DNA of 64,000 nucleotides from Octopus vulgaris (Eukaryota). The stretch covers positions 44,268,001 to 44,332,000 of the forward strand of contig OX597835.1 in NCBI GenBank assembly GCA_951406725.2, written 5' to 3'. Positions 13,128 through 28,296 of this stretch are shown piece by piece (the stretch's first letter is position 1; each line of letters begins with the position of its first letter). The notes under the pieces are model-generated. The model did not search any database. It had not been told where the DNA came from and saw only the letters and a list, made by a program, of their open reading frames with translations. Both the position numbers and the translations under genes were made by a program.

Positions 13128-13619
13128 GGCCCTGATGCAGTACTAGGCAGTGGCTCTCATGGCTTCTCATCTTAATTGTTTTGTCTTGGTATAAAAGATG
13201 GGCTACAGCAAATATTCCGCTCAATACCACAGATTTGCCTGTCAGTTGTTTGACCTTAACCATCTCTGATCATGAACAGAATTAATGGGGTGCATTATAG
13301 CCATGTGTTGAGAGGAATCCTTTGGGGGTTTGGATAATTCACCTCTGGAAACATGGGTGGTTCGTTCAACATCATTAAACAAACTTTATTCAGGGACCTT
13401 TTGAGTGGGATGGGCTACTCGACTTGAAGAAAATTCTAACAGGGTCCCACCTGCAAGGTCATGTGCTGTTTATCTTGATATGAGATCACCATGTCATGCA
13501 CACATGGTTGTGATGCATGTGCTTGGTGTACCCTTATCAGATGGGTAATCGTGATGAGTATACTTCACTTCGTATATTTTGCCTATGTCACTTTGATGGT
13601 ATGCACTGCTCTCACACTC

Positions 13620-13620
<1 letters not shown>
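13128..13620 (+). mobile_element. (TAA)n-embedded non-coding retroposon, family D
   Basis: Homologous to 15584-16120 (-) and 52636-53031 (+). Ends ...ctgctctcacactc-(aat)n and is flanked by (TAA)n on both sides. No tRNA head and no ORF. Confidence 0.8.
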
Positions 13621-13661
<41 letters not shown>

Positions 13662-14257
13662 TTCTACTATAGGCGCCAGGCCTAAAATTTGGGAAAAGGG
13701 GCCTAGCCGATTATATTGACTCCAGTGTTTCACTGGTACTTATGTTATCGACCCCAAAAGAATGACAGATAAAGTTGACTTCAGCTGAACTTGAGCACAG
13801 CACGTCTGTATCTATGAATAGATTATTACATTTATACATAGATACATACATAAATATAGACGCAGGTACACATACACACACATAATTAAAAGAAAGATGC
13901 GCACATCTATATTGATAAATACATATGTGTATCCTCACAGACATAGACACAAAGCTTCGTCTTTCCCGAATTATATTCACGAGGCGTTCCTTTAGTTAAC
14001 CCGGAGGCTATGGCAGAAGAAAAGCAGAATAAAACTTTCTCCAGGCTTTGCGTATTGGGATCAAAGTCGGAAAACACGCGGTTAGGAAATGAATGTCTTA
14101 ACCACACAGCCTCCGTCTCTGTCTTTCCGGCAAATCGACACACCCACCTACCAAACCACTAATCAGGCTACCTATCTCACCACCAAATTGCATACATGTA
14201 ATCTTCTACACCAATCTACATATATAAATAATATAAATACCATATGTATATATACAT

Positions 14258-14302
<45 letters not shown>

Positions 14303-14543
14303 CATATACATACATATATTTATTTATATATATTCGCATATATGTGTGTTAGTGTGAAGTATCTTTTATGTCTTTTAGTATGTATATATATGATAACAAG
14401 CCTTCAAGCTCAGCTCAGAAGAGCTGGTAGTTAGCGTCAGTTTTATGGCGTTCAATATAAGTGATACATACCTTACCGCCGGTTCATACACACCGGTCGA
14501 TCGATTGCCGGCAGCCATATCACTATATGTATTTATTCCTGAC

Positions 14544-14617
<74 letters not shown>

Positions 14618-14683
14618 TACAATCACTCTTACGCACACGCACATTCGCACGCATGCCCACGAGGAAACATACATTTCTAATGC

Positions 14684-14716
<33 letters not shown>

Positions 14717-14740
14717 GTATGTATATATATATATATATAT

Positions 14741-14858
<118 letters not shown>

Positions 14859-14920
14859 CTATCTATCTATATATATATGCATATATATATATAAATAATG
14901 CGCGTATGCGTATCTATCTG

Positions 14921-15007
<87 letters not shown>

Positions 15008-15413
15008 GTCTGTCTTTCTCTCTGCATGTATGTATGTGTTTATGTATGATGCCTATGTATACTTCTGTATGGTGCATACGTATATCTACATATGTAAATT
15101 TATATGCGTGAACACGTACATGTGCCGTATATCTCTGTGTATGTGTTTCTATATGTATGAAAGTATGTTTGGTGTGTATATATAGGCACCTTTAAGGTTA
15201 TACATACCTGTGTATATGTGTGTGATGTCTGCTTGCATGTATATATAAGCATATTTGCAAAGAGAGGCATGTCAAATAGCACGCGCTACACCCGAAAATT
15301 CTTGTTACTAGGCAGAACATCAATACATCTCAACGCATTTACAGCACTAAGCATGAAATTGTTATTGTTGTTGCTGTTGTTATTATTATTATTATAAAAG
15401 AATTACTACTACA

Positions 15414-15486
<73 letters not shown>

Positions 15487-15553
15487 TTACTGGTACCACT
15501 ACTACCTTTTCATCGACAACTGCTTAACTTCCTAAGCTAACCTGTCATATCTA

Positions 15554-15583
<30 letters not shown>

Positions 15584-15584
<1 letters not shown>

Positions 15585-16120
15585 GAGTGAGCGAGCAGAG
15601 CATGCCATCAAAGTAACACTGGGGTAAAATATACGAAGCCCAGTATACCCATCATGACTACCCGTCTGATAAGGGTACACCAGGCACATGCATCACAACC
15701 ATATGTGCGCGACATGGTGATCTCATATCAAGATAAACAGCACATGACCTTGCAGGTGGAGCCCAGTTAGAATTTTCTTCAGATCGAGTAACCCATCCCG
15801 CTCAAAAGGTCCCTGAATAAGGGTTGTTTAAGGATGTTGAAAGAACCACCCATGTTTCCAGAGGTGAACTATTCAAACCCCAAAGAATCCCTCTCAACAC
15901 ATGGCTATGATGCTCCCCCACTACTTCTGCTCGTGATCAGAGATGCACATATCGTCAGCCACTAAGGGGCATGCTCAACTGGTTAAGGTCAAACAACTGA
16001 CAAGCAAATCTGTGGTACTGAGCAGAATATTTGCTGTAGTCCATCTTTTATACCAAGACAAAACAATGTACATGATAACACTTCCAATCAGTTAAGATCA
16101 GAAGCCATGAGAGCCACTTG
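15584..16120 (-). mobile_element. family D retroposon (longest copy)
   Basis: Reverse complement of 13128-13620 with extra internal segments. The 3' end abuts (TTA)n at 15555-15584. Confidence 0.8.
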
Positions 16121-16394
16121 CTGTTGCTGTTGTGTTTATTAAGCGAGGATATTTCTCCTTTGTTATCAGGGTTACCCCCTGGAATTCGAACGATCCCCTC
16201 CATCTGCAGCCATGCACGATACATATTTTTGCATACTTCTATTTTACGCATGCGCTAATCTCATTTATTCCTACTCTCTCTTTCCGTTCCTTCTTCTTTC
16301 ATGCAATCCCGCACAAATAGTGAAACCTGCCCTTCATCTGAAGCTCCAGTGTAGAATATCAGAAATCTTTATCCGCCTCCTCCTCCTCCTCGTG

Positions 16395-17222
<828 letters not shown>

Positions 17223-17547
17223 ATAATCGTCGTTGATGCCATTGTTTTAGTTTTGCTCTTTCTCTACAACATGGATAGAAGCAAGTACAACATCGATCGG
17301 GAAATCACATCACAGCATCCATTGCAACAGCAGCTCATTCCTAATAAACAATGGCGAAAACGTTGCAACTATTGCTTTCTTTTTTTTCAAATTTTTTTTT
17401 TTCACTCTTTCTGCGATTCTTGAAGTTGTTCTTGCAGTCAATTCTCGGCCCTGATTAACCTTTGGAGTTTGTGATTATTCTGTCAAACATAATATTTATT
17501 CGCAATAATAAATCTCTGAACGAGGTATAAACAGTAACTGCACGACA

Positions 17548-17849
17548 ATGTGAGGTATACTTGCCATCTCAATATGGCTAACCACTAAGGGTTGGTATTA
17601 CTGTAGCTTGTAGCCCCAGGAGAACAACGTCTCCAGCTGGCTTTAGGCACACTTTCTGTGCCCTTATGTTCTCCTGGGGCTATAAACTACAGTAACACCC
17701 ACCCTTAGTGACCTCCCTTTGCAAATAACATAAGGGCACAGAAATTGTGCCTAAAGCCAGCTGGAGACGATGTTCTTCTGGGGGTACAAGCAACAATAAC
17801 ACCCACCTTTAGTGGTTAGCCATATTGAGATGGCTAGTATACCTCACAT
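17548..17849. mobile_element. fold-back MITE (~300 bp, ~123-bp arms)
   Basis: atgtgaggtatac...gtgcccttatgtt (17548-17670) is the near-perfect reverse complement of 17727-17849. No clean TSD. Confidence 0.8.
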
Positions 17850-17875
17850 AATATCTATTATTAGAACGAAGCCCG

Positions 17876-18033
17876 CATTATCTCATAGCTTCAAGATTTC
17901 GATCATGTGATTCCCTTCTTTTGTAGAATGACATTGTAGGGTAGGTGTGAGAGGCCAGATCGGGCCGGTTTTCACACAAAACATGTGGAATATTTGAGAC
18001 TGATATGAACGGTTTCAGTGCTAAAAAGGTTAA
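17876..18033. mobile_element. partial copy of the piggyBac-like MITE seen at 5704-5909
   Basis: ttatctcatagcttcaagatt...tagggtaggtgtgagaggccagatc matches the reverse complement of 5765-5840. Confidence 0.5.
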
Positions 18034-18099
18034 CTAAACCATTGATCAAATCGTAATTATCTCATCTTGTTTTTTTTTTAGTTTTGCTTGTTTCTCTTA

Positions 18100-18279
18100 T
18101 TGCGATGTGGCCATGCTGGAGCACAGCATTAGATGCTGTACTTTTACAAATTGACCCCCAGTGTTTAGTTTTTGCAGAACAGGACTTATTCTATCATTCT
18201 GTTATCTGAACCTCTAAGTTATGGAGACGGAATCAAACGGCGGTGGTGGTTGAGCAAATAGAAACACCAACACAAGGAC

Positions 18280-18314
<35 letters not shown>

Positions 18315-18512
18315 CACACACATACACACACACAGACACACACACACAGTATGAAAGATAGACAGATAGCTAGATAGGGAAGTAGATATACAACGGGCTT
18401 CCACACAGCTTCCGTTTGCCAAATTCCTTCTTAAGTTATTCGTCGAATCGAGGTTATAGTAGAAGAGATTTGCCCAGGGTATGGCGCTGTGGGCCTTAAC
18501 CCCAAATCACGT
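18100..18512 (-). mobile_element. SINE family B, diverged, with internal (CA)n
   Basis: ggccatgctggagcac...; acaacgggcttcc...cagcttccgtttgccaaattcc...ttgcccagggt. Confidence 0.65.
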
Positions 18513-19356
18513 GGTTTATAGGCATAAAGAAAGACAATAAATAATAGTTATTATGTCACTCTTTTCGTAACAAATTAGTTGACCATCAAGAAATACAGTC
18601 ATAAACTCCAATCATGAAAGAAATATTTGTATCCCAATCAGCAAGTAATAATAGCTAAATCTAAACCATGCACTATGCATTGGAAGTCTAAAGATCCGAT
18701 ATATTTTTCGTGTAGTCTTGTCACGCAGAGTATGTCTGTCGATGTCATTTACGCTACAAGTGTGTGGTGAATAATAACTGAAACACTTACATAATATAAT
18801 AGGGAAAAAAATACGAAAGTTTGTTGATTGATCAGGTGGAAACACAAGTCGTATCTGTTGCTTATGTATTAAGACACGTTCTAAAGAGGAACGCTGCTAT
18901 ATGTATATAAGTATGTGTGTGAGTATGTGTACGTGTGTGTGTGTACGTGCATGCGTGTGTGTGTGTTTGTTGATGTGTCTGTGTGTGTTTGTAAAAGTGG
19001 CTGATAATGGAACTCTTATTTGTTCTCATGAATGACCCGGAGCTAAGTAAACAACCGCAACAACAACTGCAATTACTATTACAACAACAACAGGAGCATC
19101 ATCATCATCGTCGTCGTCAACAACAACAACAACAACAGCTAATATTTGTTCTTATTCTTCTACCACCACAACCACTATTATCAGCAGTATATAAAAATAC
19201 ATCCGTGCACGCACGCACACACTCACACACATACAAACACACACACACATACGTAGGTATATGTATTTATATGTGCATATATATTGTAGACATAAATATA
19301 TATGTGTGTGTGTAGAGTGTGTGTGTATATCTTCACACGCACACGCACAGACATAT

Positions 19357-19413
<57 letters not shown>

Positions 19414-19432
19414 TGTCTATATTATGTATATG

Positions 19433-19499
<67 letters not shown>

Positions 19500-19939
19500 T
19501 ACAGGTATCGATTTGTGTAACTTTATGAATGTCTAAATGTCTTGGGAAATGGTAATCCAAAATTTCTTCGGGAAAAACATACATGGCATTAGACTTTTCT
19601 CAAACACGTAGCCAGACTAGTTTCCAGTTTACCCATAATGCATTCGATGTAATTGTACATCAATAAAAAAAAATTACGCCTCCCCCACCGTTGACCAAAA
19701 GGAAAACAAAGCAGTAGAAAGCAAGCAATAAAATAATAAATTCAGAACGGTTAGTTAATAATTAATATGGCAGCTTAGTCTCGTAATTATGTTGTCGTAG
19801 AAAAATCGACTGAGAAATTAAGACGTTGTAAAGTCTTGGGTTATTAGTTGAAACACATTTCAGCAACACTTAGAAACACATCTCTACTGTTTCATTTGTA
19901 AAGCAACAACGACTTTTTAAAAATCTTTTATATGTGACC

Positions 19940-20330
19940 CGATTCAGTCACTAGGCTGCGGTCATGCTGGGGCCACCGCTTTCAAGCTTTTGTCGAACAA
20001 ATCGCCCTCAGTATATAACATAGCTTGTGAAGCCTGGTACTTTATCTAGCGATCTGTTTTCCCGAACTCCTTAGATAAGGGGTTTAGATAAGGGGTCTAG
20101 ATAAGGGATCTAGAAAGAAACCCAACACTGGTTGTTAAGCCGTAGTGGGTGTGACAAAAGCACGCACAGACACATGCTCATATATAGATATATACGGCAG
20201 GTTTCCACACAGTTTCCATTTACTTAATTCACTCACAATTCATTGGCCCATCGGAGCTATAGTCGAGGACACTTGCTTAAAGTGCCATAGTAGTATTGAA
20301 CTCGAAACTTTGTGTTTGCAAAGCGAAATT
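19940..20330 (-). mobile_element. SINE family B, diverged
   Basis: ctgcggtcatgctggggccaccgc...gctatagtcgaggacacttgc...attgaactcgaaac. Contains a 13-bp unit (tagataagggg..) repeated three times at about 20072-20113. Confidence 0.6.
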
Positions 20331-20564
20331 CTCAGTTTCAAAATCATCGCTTCTCAACACTCTTAACTGCTCGCCTTTTATACTCCTGAAGTATGTTTTA
20401 TTTCTCCATCTGCCTTACCTATAAGCACCGGGGATCTACGACTTGGGCGTCAATTTACATTTTATCTATTCTTTTTAAAGGTATTTTTTTTGAGGGGGGG
20501 AAATTTACTCCAATTATTTTACTCTCTCTTTAAAATGATTTCTGTTTTCTTTTCAACATTAAAG

Positions 20565-20695
20565 ATGGTCAACACCTAGTACTTGCTTCTGTCGCCTTAT
20601 TTGATGAGAAACAACGTATCTTTATTTTCACTGACCAAACCAAGCTAATTCCGGATCTCCATGCTTTGCATGTATACATAAAGAGAGAATTCTGA
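20565..20695 (+). CDS. candidate terminal coding exon, product unknown
   Basis: Pyrimidine tract tttctgttttcttttcaacattaaag| followed by a phase-1 frame GQHLVLASVALFDEKQRIFIFTDQTKLIPDLHALHVYIKREF*. No homology recognised. Confidence 0.18.
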
Positions 20696-20979
20696 ATGTA
20701 TACATAGAGTCCAATCGTTAGTGTAACCATGATGTTCTTGTGATCTGATAGGCTAGATTTCATCATTTGCATCAGTTTATGAATATACAATTATATGGAA
20801 TAATATATCCATGCAAACAGGTAAACATAATTCTATTCTACGCTGAAATTATTACTACATGAAGAAGGCTGCGAAACAATTTTCCTAGGGACGTCAACAG
20901 GTAAAATGAATATATTCATCTCTCATACCACATGACATTTTACGGTGTACACACACACACACACACACTCGCACACACG

Positions 20980-21023
<44 letters not shown>

Positions 21024-21191
21024 CATACACACACACACTCATACACACACAGAGAGTCAAATGAATAATAACAGACGATGGATAATTGTCAGCGCTCATC
21101 ATCCTATTTGATACGGAGGCACAGGTATATCCAGCCCTACCTGGTGCATGTCTTTTCAAGTACCTGATTCTATCTGAATCCTTATTTTACT

Positions 21192-21233
<42 letters not shown>

Positions 21234-21348
21234 TTCCCATGCATTGTGCATATATGTATAAAGTAAAAAATTTTGAAAGTATACTTAGTAACGAATTGTT
21301 AATGTAACTACGATGTTCCTGTGATGTAAAATATATATACATGTAAAA

Positions 21349-21380
<32 letters not shown>

Positions 21381-21385
<5 letters not shown>

Positions 21386-21575
21386 ATCCAAACATGAAAA
21401 CACAAAGAGAAAACACAACAACGCGAGGACGTGGAACAAATATAGTATTATTGGACGCTCAGGAAAGAAGGAAAGAAGGAGGGTTTAACGTTTCGAGCGG
21501 AGCTCTTCGTCATAAACATAGGAGAAGGAAAGTTCCAGAGAAGGGAAGACAGAGGAAAAAAAATCGCCAAATGTA
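21381..21575 (-). mobile_element. Penelope-like terminal-repeat fragment related to P1, with hammerhead-like motif
   Basis: The minus strand reads gttt-ATGACGA-A-GAGC(tcc)GCTC-GAAACGTT-aaac (21483-21518). Abuts (TA)n. Confidence 0.5.
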
Positions 21576-21597
21576 CACATGTATATGTATATGTATA

Positions 21598-23262
21598 TAC
21601 TTGTAGGTCCTAGTGTTTTTGTTGTGTATTTGTCTGAATCATTTTTTTTTATCATACCTAATGTGCCTGCTTTGATAGGAATTGTGTCTAGTTTTAGGCT
21701 CCACATTCGAGTTACCTCTATTTCCAGATCTTTGTATTTTGAAAGTTTCTGTTTCTTTCTGAGAAACATTGCTTGTCATCTGTTGGTATTGATACATCGA
21801 ATAGATGTATCAATACATTCTTGGTGATCTCTGAGACCTATATCTGGCCTATTTTCCTTAATTTCTCTACCTGTGTATATTGGCATATCCCATAGTATGG
21901 TTGCTTTCTCATTTTCTGTGACCTTTTATGGCTTGTGCCTATACCCTCCTTTTTCTGTTGTTATTCCATAGTAATAGCATAGCTTCCAGTGTATGTAGGT
22001 CCCAATTCTGTCGTCTCTGTGAATATATTACTTCTTAGCCAGGACTGGGCAGCCAGAGATAACATGCTTTATTGTTTCTTGTCCATCTCCACATATTCTG
22101 CAGTTACTTGTAATATTTCTTTTCATTACATGTTTTTGGTAATTTCTGGTGGGGAGGCTTTGGTCTTGTACTGCAGTTAAAAATCCTTCTGTCTCTGCTT
22201 TGAGTCCTGAGCTCTTCAGCCATTTTTGGAATTTTCCTTTGTCTATTTCTTTTTTGTTTCGTTTCACCCAGTATTTGCCATGAAGGGGATTTTCTTGCCT
22301 TCGTTTTATCATGATCCATTTCTGTTCCAGTTTTAGTTTGGATTTCATTTGTTTTACAGTTTTCCTTGCTTCTTCATTTTCCTCATAGTTGTTACGTTAT
22401 ATGTATTTATCAGCTTCCTTAAAGACTGAAAGCAGTTTTTTGTTTTCGTGTTTTGTGCCTAATTGTATTAGCTTTCCTTGCTTCTGAAGTGGGTATTTCT
22501 GTAATCCTATGTGGTTGTTATTTTGTAATAGTTTCTAACTGTATAAGGCCTCTACCACCTTCGATTCGTTGTATATGTAACCTTTCTATGTCAGATTTTG
22601 GGAGGTGCATCCTAAATCCTGTCATTATTGTTCTTGCTTTCTTGTCTATTTTGATAAGAACATTTAGAGTCCAGTTAAGAATATTGTAGCTGTAACTTAT
22701 TACTGGTACCACTAGAGTGTTGATGCCTATTATCTTGTTTTCCGTATTGAGCTCTGTTTTCAGTATTAATCTAACTCGTCTCTAGTGTTCCTTATATATT
22801 TTCCCTTTCATTTGTTTGCATTGTATCGTATCGAGTTCATTGATTCCTAAATATTTGAATGTCTGGCTTTGGTCTAATTCTCCTATTTCATTTGCTTTAT
22901 CTAGTGTGATGTTGCTACTCTTAACTAGTTTTTCTCTTTTTTCAAGGTTGCTTTGGTACATTTTTCTAAGCCAAATTTCATTTTTGTTTTCTTTGATAAA
23001 TCGATGTACTGTCTGTTGCAATGCTTCCAGCTTTTTTAAACATTTGTAATGTACAGTTGAATATCATCCATATATAAGAAGTGGCTGATTGCTTTGCAGT
23101 AACAGCTGTATCCGCATCCAGTTCTGTTTAGCATGTTACATAAAGGTGTCAATGCCAAGCAGAAAAGGAATAGAGAGAGTGTGTCGCCGTGGAATATTTC
23201 TCTTCTATCGGGGATGTCTTTGGTTTTTATGGCTCCCTTTTTTGTCTGGAGCTGTAACACTG
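21598..23262 (-). mobile_element. R4/Dong-clade non-LTR retrotransposon, 5'-truncated and frameshifted (RT, CCHC, REL endonuclease)
   Basis: Translated fragments include EIFHGDTLSLFLFCLALTPL, HFLYMDDIQLY, TFKYLGINE, PKSDIERLHIQRIEGGRGL, LHGKYW, ETEGFLTAVQDQSL, CRICGDGQETIKHVISGC, a reverse-strand RPDI motif and KYKDLEIEVTRMW. Confidence 0.92.
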
Positions 23263-23267
23263 TCTAT

Positions 23268-23956
23268 CATGCAGCCCCTATTTGTTCTACGTACTTCTCG
23301 AGATTTTTGCTCACTCTTCCCAGGGCTCCGACAATTATTGGTACTACTGCTACCTTTTTCATCGATCACAACTGCTTAACTTCCCAAGCTAACCTGTCAT
23401 ATCTCTCGACTTTTCTTTCTTCCTTATCGCATACCTTTTTGTCAGCTGGGCATGCTATATCTATGATCCAGCATAGTTTGTTTTCTTTCTCAAGACTATG
23501 TCCGGCTTCCTATTCTCTATCTCATGCTTGCACTGAATCATAAAATCCCATAGGATCTTTGCATTTCTATTTTCAACGATGCCTTCAAATTTGTGGTCGT
23601 ACCAATTTTTTGCTCCGTCAAGTCCATACTTGTTGCAAAATGTCCAATGGACAAGCATTGCTATATTGTCGTGGTGTCTCTTGTATTCCTTCTGGGCTAA
23701 TGACGTACATTGGCTGGTAATATGCCATACGGTTTCACTATTTTGTCCACAGATTCTGCACTTATCACTTTCTGCTGTGTTTTCTATTCTGTATTTTAGG
23801 TAGTTTGTTCTTAGTGCTTGCTCTTGGGCAGCATGGATTAGAGCCTCCGTTTCCGGTTATAAATCAAATCTAGTCATTCACATCCATCTTTTTTATCTCT
23901 CTGTTTTATCTCCAACATCCCTATGAAATTGACCATGCATTCTTTTCTTTACCCAG
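23268..23956 (-). mobile_element. second R4/Dong-clade LINE (different lineage), C-terminal part
   Basis: MHGQFHRD...ETEALIHAAQEQALRTNY...CRICGQNSETVWHITSQC...ILWDFMIQCKHEIENRKPDIV. Lies head-to-tail with the neighbouring copy. Confidence 0.88.
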
Positions 23957-25254
23957 AGACAACAAATTACAAATTCACGTTGGTGTTATGCCTAAGGTGC
24001 CATATATTTGGTTTTGCACATAGCATTGTTCTAGAGAATGTATAAGAAAACAAGGAAATTATGAGTTGTTTTAAAATTTGAGATTATATATAGAATTTGA
24101 GATTGGAGATCTCTCATAAATGTTTATGATTCTCGTAAATAGCTTGGAAAAATACATCTGTAGGAATTTAGAAAAAAAAGAATCGACTTTTGTGTGTGAA
24201 ACCCAAATGATTCAGTGATTACAACACGATTTGACAAAATAAAAAAAAACAAAACATGAACACCCACCTCTGTCATGATGTTATCCTTGGTCGATCACGT
24301 TGCTAAAACACACCTAGATAAGAATTTAAACTTCTAGCTTTTTTTTGGACGTTAAATTCCTTATTGTATTTGTCAATTGATAGAAGTAACAGCGATCGAT
24401 CAAAATGATAACACACCCACAAAATGAATCACCTCTCTCTCTCTTCCTCTCTTGAAAATAAATAAATAAATAAATAATCATCAATTGACAGGGGAGAACC
24501 ATAACTTATTCATTAGTTAGAAAGTGAATAACAAATTTACGAAACGCTCGCTATGATTTATGATTAAAACTATGGGAAGCGCCGGCGACAATCACTCGAA
24601 GCTAAACGAATTGCCTTTAAGCACGAACCACGATCGGTAACTCAAAAACTTTCTTGCATAACATTTCAAGAATGTCGGACTGTTTCCTTTCAGTTTCCAT
24701 CAAAGCCAAAAGCTGTACATCGAACGATGGAAGGTTATACCATGAAAGTTTTTTAAGTGCATTTACTTTACAAAATGATCTGGAGTTATTTGCGAAACGG
24801 GTATTTTGAACGTAATTAACAATTACTATTCTGATGGAAACGCGTAGATAAGAGACAGGCTGGATAATGAGGAGAACACGTGTCCTGAAGCATATGACCA
24901 CCATTAGTGAAATTCTCTTGTCATTTCTAAAACTACCGAAAGGAAAACAACCTGAGAGGTACATTGTAATCAGTTACTTATATAAGAAAGTGGCAGTCTG
25001 CAGGTAAGTTCTCGTAATCTTCTTCAAGAAAGTAAAACAATGGACGCTGGACGTGATGTGTCAGATCAGCTGACACATGTAAAGAAAAAACAAGATCTGT
25101 CCATCCAGATCATGCTGTGTAGTTCAGAAGCACGCTTTGCAACACATGTGGTTTGGGGTTCAGTCCTACCTTGCAAGACCTTGGCAAGTGACTTCTATAT
25201 TATGCCAGGGTTGATCAATGCTTTGTGAATGAATTTGTCTGAAGGAAATTGTAT

Positions 25255-25979
25255 GGCGAACAGTGGAAAATTCAGAAATAAAAGACTCATGGAATTAAAA
25301 CAAGCACTACTTGAAAGGAGATGTCTGTCTACTCTAATAGAGAATGGGTTAGAACCAACCAAAACCTTGAAGAATCACAACAAATCATTCCAGATACACT
25401 CAAAATCGATCTTTAATTGCAACACACAATCCAAGAAACACAAAAACAGTCATCAGAACATAGCAATATTGGGCCAAGACTCAAGTATGGAAAAAGTGCT
25501 TAAATCAAGATAACCAAATGCAAAATGCAACCAAAACAAACTAGGACAAAATACTTACCAGCGCTTAACTAACAACTACAGACACGAGTCCACCAGTTGA
25601 AGATTGTGGTCGCTCGAATTATACAACCTTATTCAGAATAAAACTTACAAATTTCGATCTGGACAAGTTTTTATTGCGAATAGCTACTTGTTAAAAAGAA
25701 ACGATACATGTCATCCAATGCAATAGTTACAGTAAAGATTAGATACGACAGAATAAAATCATTTTTTTAAGAATGAGATCAAGATTCATTGACAATAAAT
25801 ACAAAACCCCGGGACTAAGAAAAATTCCACTCAGTGAACATTTGAACATTTGCGCAAGAACTAAGTCCCTGAAATTGTTTGCGTTCCCACTTTATCATTG
25901 TGCTGACAATATCACAGATGAAACAAATAAGGAAGATTTGCTCAGTAAAATATACAAACCACAGCTGGGCAGGCAATAA
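25255..25979 (+). mobile_element. Penelope-like element remnant (thumb to GIY-YIG C-terminus)
   Basis: RNKRLMELKQALLER (thumb-like), CGRSN (linker), and ...IPLSEHLNIC...KEDLLSKIYKPQL*, which resembles the end of a GIY-YIG domain. Many stops. Confidence 0.6.
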
Positions 25980-26301
25980 AAACAACAATAATATTAAATC
26001 GCCTTTTACGCTAAAATTTGTATCTATTGGACAAAACCTTTCATGTAACCTTCACGTGTGGCCATATGACCTTAATCCATGAACGTAGCGGAAAACTGGT
26101 GGGAAATTTCTTTATCTCACCACATGGCAGTCCTCAAGCGATCAATTTGTACGTTAACTGAGATCGTTCTGGGCCACATTCTTTTTGTGAAAACAATTTT
26201 TACAACGGCCGGAAGAGACAGAATTTGCGATACAGCTCCACATACTATAAGTATTTGAAAATATAGTGTAAAACCAATTAAGTGTACATTCATACATGTA
26301 C

Positions 26302-26303
<2 letters not shown>

Positions 26304-26332
<29 letters not shown>

Positions 26333-26346
26333 TGTATGTATGTATG

Positions 26347-26377
<31 letters not shown>

Positions 26378-26486
26378 GTATGTATATATGTATGTATGTA
26401 TGTATGTGTGTATGTTTGTATGTATGTATGTAAGTATGTATGTATGTATGTATGCATACATTCATGTATGTATGTGTGTATGTATG

Positions 26487-26517
<31 letters not shown>

Positions 26518-26617
26518 GTATGTATGTACGTATGTATGTAAGTATGTATGTATGTATGTATGTAAGTATGTATGTATGTATGTAAGTATGTATGTATGTA
26601 TGTATGTATGTATGTAT
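26304..26617. repeat. (TATG)n tetranucleotide array
   Basis: Read directly from the sequence. Confidence 0.95.
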
Positions 26618-27006
26618 CTATCCATCTATCTATCTATAAATGCGTACGTGTGCGTGCGCGTTTGAGCGAGTGCTTGTCTCTGTGTTCCTATACTACCACC
26701 ACCACCACCACCACCACTACCACCACCACCACCACCACTGTTTGACGATCTGTTGTAGAGTTGTTAACGTCTCCTTAACTTAACGGTTCTGCAAATGACC
26801 CCAATAGAAATACGCACCAGATTGAAACTCAAGTACTGAGATCGAATTATTGCACAAAACCCTTTCAGTTGGTGCCCCAGCATGGTTGCCGTTTAATGGC
26901 TGCAGCAAATAAAAGACAACGATGAAAGCCGTGTCTCTACAGACATTGCTTAAATCTATTTCTGTGAGGAACACTGCAAAGCAATTGACCGGGATCAAGT
27001 GTGAGC

Positions 27007-27084
<78 letters not shown>

Positions 27085-27129
27085 GAGGAGGAGGAGGAGG
27101 AGGAGGAGGAGGAGGAGAAGGAGGAGAGA

Positions 27130-27560
27130 AAGTTGTTCGGAGTTGCGACTAACAGGTCGTTATGAACAACGTTCTCCTTCAGGAAGAAAAGCAACATATC
27201 CAAAGTCTGCTAACAAGTATGGCTAGATTATAAATTGGCATTTGATTCTTTCTGCCGCTCAGTGTTCCAGCATTCTGTAGTTGAAGTCATTAACAGACTG
27301 ACTTCGATATGGCTAGCAATAAAAACAGAACGAACTACAATCGTTGCGAATAGAATTAGATTATTTACTGAAATATTCCAAAGTGGCAGCGTGCCTATGA
27401 TAGTTTTTGTCTCGGCAGTAAAACTCTGTCCGTCCTAATGAGAAAATACCATAGTTACATTGCAACGCCAGCAATAACAGAAAACTCTTTTGTAAATGAT
27501 CGTCAGCGGTTCTGTTGTTTTGTGATAGTAATCAGAAGAGCAACAGAGGTACGTAGCTAG
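27130..27560 (+). mobile_element. highly decayed non-LTR reverse-transcriptase remnant (R4-like)
   Basis: QVWLDYKLAFDSF (compare WxDYxKAFDS), EIFQSGSVPMIVF (compare GIFQGDSLSPLLF) and LFVND (compare LFxDD) occur in the correct order. Confidence 0.6.
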
Positions 27561-27716
27561 GTTCAGTACTCAAATGGAACAAAGAGTGGAATTTAGTCCG
27601 GAAACTGTTCATATTTTGGCAGTTCGTTGAAGACAGCTGGTTGACTAAATGAGAATTTTGGATATCAATGAGAGAGGTAGAAGTTCTAAAACAGAGGACA
27701 ATCGTTGAGTGCTTAC

Positions 27717-28084
27717 TCTCTCTTTTACTCTTTTACTTGTTTCAGTCATTTGACTGCGGCCATGCTGGAGCACCGCCTTTAGTCGAGCAAATCGACCCCG
27801 GGACTTATTCTTTGTAAGCCCAGTACTTATTCTATCGGTCTTTTTTGCCGAACCGCTAAGTGACGGGGACGTAAACACACCAGCATCGGTTGTCAAGCAA
27901 TGCTAGGGGAACGAACACATATATACGACAGGCTTCTTTCAGTTTCCGTCTACCAAATCCACTCACAATGCATTGGTCGGCCCGGGGCTATAGCAGAAGA
28001 CACTTGCCCAAGATGCCACGCAGTGGGACTGAACCCGGAACCATGTGGTTGGTTAGCAAGCTACTTACCACACAGCCACTCCTG
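27717..28084 (-). mobile_element. SINE family B (tRNA head plus CORE-like domain), near full length
   Basis: Reverse complement of 62330-62758 without the internal (TA)n expansion. Box B ggttcagtcc; CORE-like cttgggcaagtgtctt. Confidence 0.9.
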
Positions 28085-28296
28085 TAGTTCTTAGAAAATA
28101 TCTACGGAACAATAAGGAGAGTAATGAGTAAAGGTGTGTACTCGACAGCTAAAGGACATCATCGTAAGATTGATTGAAGAACTCTCGAATAGATACTCTG
28201 AGTGAGTGTAAATTCTTATCTAGTTGTGTTTTAGCAACGTGATCGACCAAGGATAATCAAATCTGTCCGGACTGACCTAATTAAACAGTAATTGAA

